Below, one piece after another: positions 15,335 through 24,500 of a stretch of 64,000 nucleotides of DNA. The notes below the pieces were generated by a model. The model saw only the letters and a program-made list of their open reading frames with translations, searched no databases and was not told where the DNA came from. The stretch comes from a virus (Duplodnaviria > Caudoviricetes), in the IMG/VR virus record IMGVR_UViG_3300023267_000001, positions 12,043 through 76,042 of that record; one strand, written 5' to 3'. The first letter of the stretch is position 1. Each line of letters opens with the position of its first letter. A program made the translations under genes and the position numbers.

Positions 15335-17386
15335 TTACCTTAGTGGCGTTATGGTCATTGTCATGCCACTCGGAATCACAGTGATAGTCGAGCCGGGTGT
15401 TGCGCCTCCAGTGCAAAGTTGGAAGGCCACATCCGTCAATGCGTTTCCAGTTGTAAATGTGCCATTAAGCATTACCTGCAAAGAAGTCGCCCCGCCGTTG
15501 TTCAGCTTGCCATACATATAATTTGCGCTTGGAGTCCCGCTGAAACCAATGACAGTTGTTCCAAAAGTTACCTGCGTGTCGTGAGAGCCATTCCCATTGT
15601 TGATATTGTAGGAGTCAACAATGTTGGCATTGGTAACAGCCACGGAGTTGCTTACCGCCCAACCGATGCCGTTGCCGCTGGCTGTCGCATAGCCGCTGAT
15701 TTGAATCTGATATTTTGAATTTGCAGCCAGTCCTTGAATGATGCAGCCGGGAACATTCGTTAAAATGTTGGTTCCCCAGCTAAAACTTGGGGTTGAGAAA
15801 TAGCCCACGCGATAACCAATGCAGTTTACGCTCGGATTGACCGCCGACTTTGTGACTTCATAAAACTGTGCGCGATTAGTCGCTTCAATACCCGCCAGCA
15901 AAGCGTTTGGATGTGTGGTGTCCGCATAATAGGCGTTGTTGCCTTGATATACAGAGTTGGAAGCCTGCCAGTCGTAAAAAGAATCAAAATTCGTGCGGAC
16001 GCTATTGGATGAATAGGCCGAGTTCAGGTTAATCAAATCCGGTAATGAAATGGAGCTTGGAGAAAGCGGTATGGTTGCACCGTGGATATATTGGAATCCA
16101 AGATTACGCCCAATTTGAGTCAACTTAACTAGCTGGTTTTGCAGCACGAAGTTGAAAATGTTGGTTACAAATGTTGGTGCGCCGTTCGTCCCACGGTGGA
16201 CATAGGTAAAAGTGCGGTCGTTCTGCGAACCCGGCAGAAAAAGGCTTTTGCGAATGCCGGTGACCGACGGGCTGATGTTCGTCAAATAAATCAAAGGGTC
16301 GTTGGCGAAAGTATTCTGATAAAATGGAGGGTAATAAACGCGGCTTGTGCTGCCAGCACCCCAAGAGCCTGCGAATTTTGCTGGATAATTTCGGACGGAA
16401 ATCAACTTGTTCGGCGCGCCAACAATGCTGGCCGCAACATTCCCGCCGTAAGTGCCGCTGATGAAAATGTTGGTCTGCCAATCATTTCCACGATTCGGAT
16501 TAGCGTATGTCACACCGCCTTGCACCACATAATAATCGTTGGTCGTGCCCCAGTTGTTTGTGCCCCAGAAAACAAGCCGGTTCGTCATGCCACCGACAAA
16601 AAACACCGAGTTGGTTCCGTTGGCGTTGTAGGTATTTCCATTGGCGAACGCCTGATAGCCTTCAAATTCGCTGCCCGCAATGTCAGCGTCGCCATAGTTC
16701 ATGTAGCCCGCTCCGCTGACGCAAAGCGCGTTATCCAGCGGCACATTCCAGCCGGTTTTTTGCGCGATATAATTCGTCTCAAGCATCAGCCAGCTTTGAT
16801 TCATAAAGGCTTGAGCCTCACCGGGCAAAAGCGTATATCCGTTTGTGAACCAGCCAACGCCATTCACCTGTGCATTCGTAGTTCCGCCGCAAACAACCGC
16901 GCCATTGGTTAAAATCCCGTTTCCAAAGAAGCCGGGAAAATTCGTTACAAACCAGACATCCAACGAGTCGCCCAACACCACGTTCCCGCCCGGTTGAATC
17001 AGGGAGGAAACCAACTGTGGGGTAAGTCCGTTTGGATTGGATGCAAAAATTGCATTGGTGGCACGAGAAGCAATTATCGCGCTTTGAACAGGGCCAACCA
17101 CTTGACTTCCACTGATTCCAGTAATCCCGCTCCCATTCCCAAAAAAACTTCCAAAAATCATCGTGGCATTCAACTGGTTCAGCAGCAAATCACCAAACCC
17201 ATCACTGGTGATTCCACCATTGTCAAAATTTGCCTGACCGCCAAGCACGTTGTAGTTGGTGGCTATCTGGAGTCCGGCGCGGGCTACAATCGGGTCAGAT
17301 GTGGTCGTCCAAGGCGATGGCTTTAGCTGCCCAAACGCAGAAACCACACACAAAAGAAGTGTTGAGATGATTGAAAATTTCTTCAT
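15335..17386 (-). CDS. signal-peptide SGNH-hydrolase / tail-fibre-like protein
   Basis: start at MKKFSIISTLLLCVVSAFG|Q; FFGNGSGITGI repeat motif; VVLGDSL and DTTHPN catalytic motifs; TN-rich. Confidence 0.7.
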   Translation of the reverse strand: MKKFSIISTLLLCVVSAFGQLKPSPWTTTSDPIVARAGLQIATNYNVLGGQANFDNGGITSDGFGDLLLNQLNATMIFGSFFGNGSGITGISGSQVVGPVQSAIIASRATNAIFASNPNGLTPQLVSSLIQPGGNVVLGDSLDVWFVTNFPGFFGNGILTNGAVVCGGTTNAQVNGVGWFTNGYTLLPGEAQAFMNQSWLMLETNYIAQKTGWNVPLDNALCVSGAGYMNYGDADIAGSEFEGYQAFANGNTYNANGTNSVFFVGGMTNRLVFWGTNNWGTTNDYYVVQGGVTYANPNRGNDWQTNIFISGTYGGNVAASIVGAPNKLISVRNYPAKFAGSWGAGSTSRVYYPPFYQNTFANDPLIYLTNISPSVTGIRKSLFLPGSQNDRTFTYVHRGTNGAPTFVTNIFNFVLQNQLVKLTQIGRNLGFQYIHGATIPLSPSSISLPDLINLNSAYSSNSVRTNFDSFYDWQASNSVYQGNNAYYADTTHPNALLAGIEATNRAQFYEVTKSAVNPSVNCIGYRVGYFSTPSFSWGTNILTNVPGCIIQGLAANSKYQIQISGYATASGNGIGWAVSNSVAVTNANIVDSYNINNGNGSHDTQVTFGTTVIGFSGTPSANYMYGKLNNGGATSLQVMLNGTFTTGNALTDVAFQLCTGGATPGSTITVIPSGMTMTITPLR

Positions 17387-17391
17387 AAAAA

Positions 17392-17568
17392 TTAGGCTGG
17401 GGCGACAGTTTGATACCACTGTTTCTGCGACACGCTCCAACGCCATTCGTTGTAAAGCTCCACCGCTGGGTCTTGGTAAAAGAAGGCGGCTAGGTTTTGA
17501 TTGTCGGGGAGTAATCCGGCATCGTTTGGGTTTGTTACGTTTAGGGAGTAGGTTTGTTCGCAGCACAT
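17392..17568 (-). CDS. 58-aa protein absent from the ORF track, paralog of the C-terminus of 17609-18007
   Basis: translated by hand: MCCEQTYSLNVTNPNDAGLLPDNQNLAAFFYQDPAVELYNEWRWSVSQKQWYQTVAPA. Confidence 0.75.
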   Translation of the reverse strand: MCCEQTYSLNVTNPNDAGLLPDNQNLAAFFYQDPAVELYNEWRWSVSQKQWYQTVAPA

Positions 17569-17608
17569 CGTAAGAGCGGGCTGTGGGTTTGTGTTTTTAG
17601 TTCAATAG

Positions 17609-18007
17609 TTAGGCTGGAGAAATCAGTTGCACCCAAGCCCCTTGAGCCACCGACCAATACCAAAGGTTGTATGGAGCAGCGTCAGGGTCTTGATAGAAAA
17701 TTGCGCCCAAGGACGGGTCATCAGGGACGATGGAGGCATCGTTGGGATTGTCCGCGTTGCTGATGATGACTTGCGCGATGGAGGTTCCGCCGCCGCCAGA
17801 AATCAAAATCCATCCATCAGGCGTTTGACTTGGGTTGGAATAAGTCGCTCCCGTTGACTCAACAACGTAGAGAATTGAAATTGGCGTATTTTCATCTGGC
17901 ACCCCCACGCCAATCTGGACGCCATTGCCGTTCTGTGGAGTCACGTAACCCGTGTCATCGGTGAGTCCAGCCACGTAATTTCCGTATTGGTCAAATGCCA
18001 TAATCAT
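17609..18007 (-). CDS. putative tail fibre adaptor / minor virion protein
   Basis: GVGVPD..LYV..W motif plus NPNDA..FYQDP..WxWSV domain. Confidence 0.6.
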   Translation of the reverse strand: MIMAFDQYGNYVAGLTDDTGYVTPQNGNGVQIGVGVPDENTPISILYVVESTGATYSNPSQTPDGWILISGGGGTSIAQVIISNADNPNDASIVPDDPSLGAIFYQDPDAAPYNLWYWSVAQGAWVQLISPA

Positions 18008-18053
18008 CCTCGCTTTGCGAAAGACAGTCCATTGGTCGCACAGTCTTAAAGCG

Positions 18054-18082
18054 TTGACAAGACAAAAGTTTGGGGGTATCAA
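18054..18082 (+). promoter_or_regulatory. putative promoter TTGACA-N17-TATCAA in the divergent region
   Basis: perfect -35, partial -10, ahead of the plus-strand ejection-protein block. Confidence 0.4.
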
Positions 18083-18102
18083 CTCTTTAACCGTTCACGC
18101 CA

Positions 18103-18321
18103 ATGGCAACCCGACAAGAAAAGCAGGCCCAACTGACCAACACTCATTCCAGTGCGCCCCAGTCCGTGATTCCAAAGATTCCAACCGTGCCGTTGCCCGC
18201 CAAGGTGGTTTCGGCCTTCCCCGACATGAAAAACTGGCAGAAGCAAACCGAGGAATCCAACGAGGAGTGGCGCAAGAAAACATCCATCGCCGTCCTTGGC
18301 TCAATTCCGACACCTTCATAA
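18103..18321 (+). CDS. hypothetical virion-associated protein
   Basis: first gene of the plus-strand block. Confidence 0.6.
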   Translation: MATRQEKQAQLTNTHSSAPQSVIPKIPTVPLPAKVVSAFPDMKNWQKQTEESNEEWRKKTSIAVLGSIPTPS

Positions 18322-18325
18322 AATT

Positions 18326-20467
18326 ATGGCAGCAGTCATCCCTAAATCCTATTTCGCGCCATATCAAAATCTGGCGGGTGAGACGCCCGTGCGTGAGATG
18401 TATTCCAGCCGACCAATCGTGGGCAATCGTGGGATTATTACCGGCTACACTAATCCAGTGAAACAACCAGGCAGTGGCACCACTGTTTCGCCGCTGCCTC
18501 CCGTTTATGACCCGACGCGCAATCGCTACGAGATTCCAAGCACGGGAACTCCGCGCTGGGACGGCTCTAAATTCGTGAATGAAATGGGACAAGCCTTCAC
18601 TGGCACTTACGGCGGTCAGACTTACACCAACGGCCAGTCACAACAGCAGCTTGCCAACAGCCCCAGTCGTTATGCCGCGTTGAGCGTCACCAAGAATGAG
18701 CCGGTGGCGAATATCACTGATACATTGCTGAACGGCTTCAAGCCGTCTGTCGGCATCACGGATTTTTCATCCTTGCTTGACTCCACACGCAAAGCCTCTG
18801 GTGCGATTGACGCCGCCTATAACAAAGACCGTAATGCTTATGACATCCAGCCATTCGCTGACACGCTCAATTCGCTTAACACCAATTATGCCCGTGCTGG
18901 TGCTAATCTTAACAGCCGTTATTCCGACATCCTGCGTGATACCGCGTCCAATCAAAATAACGTCCTGCGAACCGCCACTGATTTGCTCCCGCAGCAATAC
19001 GACTCTCTGCGTCAAATCAACAACCAATACGCGGACACCACTGGAAACATCACCAGCGGTTTGCGTGACAACCTTGGCCGCACCGAGGCCGACCAGAACG
19101 CCTTGGTTGCCCGCGCCTATGGCATGTTGCCGGAACAATACAATGCCTTGCAGAGCATCAATGATAATTTCGCCGCGACCGGCGGTGCGTTGAACGACCG
19201 TTATTCTGGACTTATTAACACCGCTAACACGCGGCAGGATGACATCATCAAACGCGCCAATGATTTGCTTGGTAACTACGACCAAGCGGCGAACAACATC
19301 GGTGATGCTCAAACAAAGTCTCTGGTTCAGGGGGTTTCTCGCTACAAACTTTCTGGTGGAACTCCGATGGGTTTGGGCGGTGGCGAGGAGAAGTTGCTGG
19401 CTGACGGCGTGGCGAATATCCGTCTGCCGCTCGAACGCGACAAAATTAACCAGCGTTATTCACTGTTGCAGAATCTTGAGTTGCCTATCGCGCAACAGCA
19501 GGAGCAGGCTGGCATCGGCCAACTTCAGAATTTCTCATTGCCACTGGCGTCCAATATCGCCGACCGTAATTACAATACGCGCGCGCAGCTTAATTCCGCG
19601 CAGAATGACATCCTTCGTAACATGGAGTTGCCACTGGAACAGCAGCAGTCCCGCGACCGCGCAAGCCTGTTGCGTGATGTTGAGTTGCCGCTGGCTGACC
19701 AGATTTCACAACGCAACTACAACACGCAGGCCGGACTCAATTCCGCGCAGCAAAACTTGTTGCAGAACATCGCGCTCCCGCTTGCCACCCAGCAGGGCAA
19801 CGCGCAGGTGCAGCAGTTGACTAATTTCACCGCGCCTCAAGCGCAGCAGGATTACACCAACGCGGCGACTACTGCGCAGACCATCCAGAATTTGAAGCTG
19901 CAAACGGCGGGAATGGATATTTCGGCGGCAATCAAATACTTGCAGGCGATGGCGGTTCCGATTCAGATTCAGCAGCAGATTCTTGCGTCTAATCAGGCGT
20001 TGCAATCCGGTGATATTTCCAACCTGTCTGCGCTTAACAATCTATACAGCGGAAGTCGCTATCAGGGCTTGCAAGACACGTTTGGTGTGAATACCACCGC
20101 CCCGTCTGTCACCACGTTTAACGCAGGCAGCTATCCGACTGGAACCACTGGTGGAAATTCTCGATATGCCGCGTTGAATAATCCGACATCCACGGCTGCA
20201 CCGGCTCCTGCTGCTCCTGAATCACAACTCCCGCAAGGCGCGTGGGCACAGACGTTGCAACCGGCTGGTGGAAATCTTTACCGCGACCCGAAAACAGGAA
20301 GTCTCTATCGCGTCGAGAATGGGAAGATTTATCCCTACAACGTGAGTTCGCGCACTAACAACAGCGGTTATCAGCAAGTGAACAACGTGGACGCCCAAGT
20401 TGTTGACCCCGCGAGTCAGGACAATCAAAACGAGAACGACCCTGCGAGCCTTTCTTACCGAGGATAA
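18326..20467 (+). CDS. putative internal virion / ejection protein with helical repeats
   Basis: Gln/Asn/Ala-rich, no Cys seen, internal repeats; position before a giant ejection protein. Confidence 0.65.
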   Translation: MAAVIPKSYFAPYQNLAGETPVREMYSSRPIVGNRGIITGYTNPVKQPGSGTTVSPLPPVYDPTRNRYEIPSTGTPRWDGSKFVNEMGQAFTGTYGGQTYTNGQSQQQLANSPSRYAALSVTKNEPVANITDTLLNGFKPSVGITDFSSLLDSTRKASGAIDAAYNKDRNAYDIQPFADTLNSLNTNYARAGANLNSRYSDILRDTASNQNNVLRTATDLLPQQYDSLRQINNQYADTTGNITSGLRDNLGRTEADQNALVARAYGMLPEQYNALQSINDNFAATGGALNDRYSGLINTANTRQDDIIKRANDLLGNYDQAANNIGDAQTKSLVQGVSRYKLSGGTPMGLGGGEEKLLADGVANIRLPLERDKINQRYSLLQNLELPIAQQQEQAGIGQLQNFSLPLASNIADRNYNTRAQLNSAQNDILRNMELPLEQQQSRDRASLLRDVELPLADQISQRNYNTQAGLNSAQQNLLQNIALPLATQQGNAQVQQLTNFTAPQAQQDYTNAATTAQTIQNLKLQTAGMDISAAIKYLQAMAVPIQIQQQILASNQALQSGDISNLSALNNLYSGSRYQGLQDTFGVNTTAPSVTTFNAGSYPTGTTGGNSRYAALNNPTSTAAPAPAAPESQLPQGAWAQTLQPAGGNLYRDPKTGSLYRVENGKIYPYNVSSRTNNSGYQQVNNVDAQVVDPASQDNQNENDPASLSYRG

Positions 20468-20470
20468 TTT

Positions 20471-21580
20471 ATGCCTTTTGAACCCATAATTTCCAGTTCG
20501 TTCGACGGATTAGCGCAGCAACGTGCTGGTTACGCCAATCAGAATGCTAATGTCCAGCGTCAGAATCTTAACTCATTTGAGCGGGCCAACGAGGAGCGCA
20601 ATAATTACTTTACCACCATCGCGGCGATGCGTCGCGCCGATGCCCAGCGTCAGGCTGATGAGCAGGCGCAGCAGCAGGCTTTGAATTTCCGTCGTTATCA
20701 ATTTGATGTCGGAGCCGGACTTGACCGCGAACAGCAAAACATCGACCGCCAGCGCATTGGTGCCAACAATGCTTTCAAAGCCGCCGAGGATAATCGCAAG
20801 ATTGCCCTGAATGATGCCCGCGATAGCGAGATTGCCGCTGATGCTCTGGCCGCAGAAGGCCATTTCAATTCTCTAGATGAGTTGAATCAGGCGTTGCCAA
20901 ATACCAATCCGATTGTAAAAGCCGCCATCTGGGAAAAGAACCGTCAAGCCCGTGAGCAGATTGGTCAGCAATACAATTTCACCTCCAACTTGGCGAAAGA
21001 TGAGAATCAAAAATCTGTTTTGGGCAATTTGACTGAAACTCCTCCAAAATACGAAGCTCCGCCTTGGTATAACCAAGTCGAAAATAAAGTTCTTAGAATG
21101 TTGCCGCGTATAAATCCACTTACTGCGGCATACGACTATTTTAGCGGTGGGAAATTGGCTGACGCCGTTCCATTCCAATTAGAGCCAACACCAAATACAA
21201 GCTGGTTTGACGCCTTGCAAAAAAGAAAATCCAAGCTGGATACAACTTTGGCCCCGATTGAGAAACAAGGGCTTGACCAAAACGGCGTCATTCTGGATTC
21301 AACCACTGGACGCTATAAGCCCACTTCCACGCCGCCTTGGTTGCGTTCGCAGGAAACCGCCAAACCCATTGGAGTCCTTACCCCCATCCAAGGTGGGCTG
21401 GTTGTGGATGAGATTGGAAATCAATTTGATAAATCTGGAAACATTGTGGTAAAAGTGACGCCAGAACAGCGGGCAAACCAATTCAAGTCAGCAGAAGATG
21501 TGAAAGCTGCTGCTCTCAATGGCAGACTTGACCGCAAGATGGCTGAAATGATTCTAAAGCAGAAATTCGGGTTCGAGTAA
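20471..21580 (+). CDS. putative internal virion / ejection protein
   Basis: Q/R/A-rich helical N-terminus; synteny. Confidence 0.6.
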   Translation: MPFEPIISSSFDGLAQQRAGYANQNANVQRQNLNSFERANEERNNYFTTIAAMRRADAQRQADEQAQQQALNFRRYQFDVGAGLDREQQNIDRQRIGANNAFKAAEDNRKIALNDARDSEIAADALAAEGHFNSLDELNQALPNTNPIVKAAIWEKNRQAREQIGQQYNFTSNLAKDENQKSVLGNLTETPPKYEAPPWYNQVENKVLRMLPRINPLTAAYDYFSGGKLADAVPFQLEPTPNTSWFDALQKRKSKLDTTLAPIEKQGLDQNGVILDSTTGRYKPTSTPPWLRSQETAKPIGVLTPIQGGLVVDEIGNQFDKSGNIVVKVTPEQRANQFKSAEDVKAAALNGRLDRKMAEMILKQKFGFE

Positions 21581-21589
21581 AAACCCGCT

Positions 21590-24500
21590 ATGAAGGCGTC
21601 TGATTTTCTTGATTCAAATAACGATGCAGGCACAAGCCAAGCCTTGAGCGTGGCACCAAGCCTTACCACAACAAAAAAACGGTCGGCTGCAAACTTCTTG
21701 GATGGTGTTGAGGATGTTGAACCGCCGAAGCCAGCGGAGGCAGAAAGACCAATTCCTCAAATGCGGGAGTATCATCCCACTTTTGGTCAGCGGATTTCCG
21801 ACACGCTTCACTCTCTACGCACGTCAGGCCCAGTAGAGGCCATCATGGGACAGACTGAGGACGAGCTTGCGGCCAATCCACCACTCGAATCAGCACCCCC
21901 TACAACCAAGAGTGGCGTCATGGGGATTTTTGAATCCACCAAGCCCCTGCTTGATGTTCCAGAGAATCCAAAAACGGCGATGGAAGGGCTTCATGCTTGG
22001 GCGGCGAATGTGGTCAATTCAGTTGCGTCCCCCGGTGGTATTGCCACGCTTCCGATGGGTGGGCCAGCCACGCCAATGCTCGTCAAAAAGGCGTTGGGCA
22101 TTGTTTTTGGTGCCCAAGGCGCGCACATGACTTACGAGAGCGCACTTGATTTAGTCAAGAACGCGAAAGAAAACACTCCGGCTCAAAACGTGATGAATGT
22201 CGGAAACATTCTCATGGGTGGATTGATGGCTGCTGGTGGTGCTCATGCCATAAAGGGGGCAAAACCAAAACAAGCTGATGTTGCCACACCCGCAGAAATC
22301 GCACCCGAACCAATCATCAATCCAGACACGGGAAAGCCCGTCGAGCTGGATAAAACTTTCGAGCCGGTTAAAACTCAACCTGAAAACACAGATGCCAGCG
22401 AAATCCCAATCTCAAAGAGCATTCCTGAACCAGAAATTCGGACACCAGTGGGTCAAACTCCACCACTTCGACAACAGCGGGAAATTGCCAAAGCGAGTGA
22501 AGAAATCCCGCCTGTCGTTGCGCCGGTTGAAAAAGTAACTCCAGAACCAACTGGTAAGGAATCCTTACAAGTTCAACCCGAACCTGAAATAATTCCAACC
22601 CGCGTCCAGTCCGTCGCCAAAATGCCGCTGGATGAGTTCTTTAAATTCGCACGAAACACGGAAGGTGGCTTAACTGGCGAGGCTTACCGCGTTGGACAGG
22701 CAATCAAAACGCCCGAAGAATTGACCGCGCTTAAATCAGCGCAGGAAAAGTCGGCGCAAGATTCGCAGGCTTATCAAAAGGCTGGCGACTTCGACAAGGG
22801 CATGATTGAGGCGAATCGCGGCCAGTTTTTTCGTGAGGCTTACGAGGCCGCTACCGGAACCGGAAGCGCGGGATTAGCTCTTGCAAAAGACCCCAGCTAC
22901 AAGCCGCCGTTTCCAGTTGAGGTGCAGAAGGTGGATGAACCTGCCATTCCATCTACCCAAGAAGTGCCCGCGATTCAAAAGTCCCAAATCCAAAATGAAC
23001 CCCAAACTAAAACCACTCTACCCGAAACCACCAGTGCGCCGTTAGCTAAAATTGACGGCAGTGAGCAAGGTCGTTTTATTTCCGACCTTAAAACCATAAC
23101 ACCGTCCTTAAAGGCTAAAACAAATCCAATTGGCACTGTGACATTGCAATTCCCGATTGAGGCTGAAAAAAACATTGGCAGCTTGTTGCGCGAATACGGC
23201 GTTAAAATCAGAAACAATGGATTTTCAAAAGATTTCAAGCTCGCTGAATGGGAGATTGAGCCGGGTGGCACAGCCAGAAAACTGCTTCCGCTGGAACAGC
23301 GGCTGGACGCTGCTATAAAGGGGGTGGCGGAAGGAGAAAAGTTTGCGTCCGAACTGGAATCAGGCTCGCGTGAGGCAAGGCTGAGAAGCGAGGAAGAAAG
23401 GCTTCGCAAACTCGCGTCTGGAGAGCCATCGACAAGAACCAGTAAAATAATTGGCCTTGAGGATTCACTTACGGATGCGGAAAAACAGAGGTTGTTGGTG
23501 GCGGCAGCAAAACCAATTTCTGAATCCACAGGATTGCGAGAAATCTCAAAAGTCCGCGTAGGCTCCAGCCCGCAGCTTCACACCATCGTCCGCGAGCTTC
23601 CAAGAGCACAGGGCGACTTGCCAGCCGAGCGTTATTTCGAGGTTAAGAACGATAACACAGGCGCGGTTCAAACCGTGGAGTCAGCGGATTTAACTCCGGT
23701 CAAAGAGCGGACTGGTGAAAAGGTTAAGGCTCCCAGTCTGGATGACCGTTTGCGCGCGGTAAAATTAGACCCGTCTGTTTTTCCTGATGCGAAGTCTAAA
23801 AAGAGCGCGTTGGAACGTGCTGAGGCGAAACTGGCCGAGTTGCAGGGCAAGCTCCGTGGCAAGACGTTCACCGGAATTACAGGCTTGGAGCCTGCGATTC
23901 TGGATGGCGCGTTGACGATTGCCCGCGCGACGTTAAGGGCGACCAACAGCGTGGTTAAAGCGGTTCAAGCTGCTCTGGAATGGGTGCGGACTAATCATGC
24001 CGATGCGAAATTTGATGAGAATGAGTTTAATTCAAAGCTGGCTTCCGAGCTTGAGCAGCAAGAAGCTCCAAAAGTCACCACGCAAGTCATGGGCAGCGAG
24101 AAGGAGATTGCCGGTCGTCCCACACTGACTCCCGATTCACGTCAAGCTTCCGTGGATTACGCTGGTCAGGCTTTTAAAGACGCTGGCATTGACGCCGAAC
24201 CAGTCACCATCTTGGATAAGCGTCGTGGCGACATGCCGGTGAAGCTGTGGAAATTTAACACTGATTTTAATCTCAATGCAGAAGGCCGCAAGCTGATTTC
24301 CATACTTGAGAAAGATTTGGAAACCGCGAATGACCGTCCGGTTGACCTGAATGCGAATCTTATCCGCAGCATCCAGTGGAATATCGAGAACGGCAATCTC
24401 GCCAAGATGGTTAATGGTCAGCGCGTGATGGACATCGACATTGCCCGTCGTCTTGACCAGTTAGCAACCTCTGAAACCAGTCGTCGCGGCGCGGCCCTCG

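Noticed and set aside
15335-17566. 743-aa length for the SGNH protein as given in the track
   Set aside because: The first 60 aa overlap a real 58-aa gene in another frame; ATG 17386 with TTTATG context and a signal peptide is the better start
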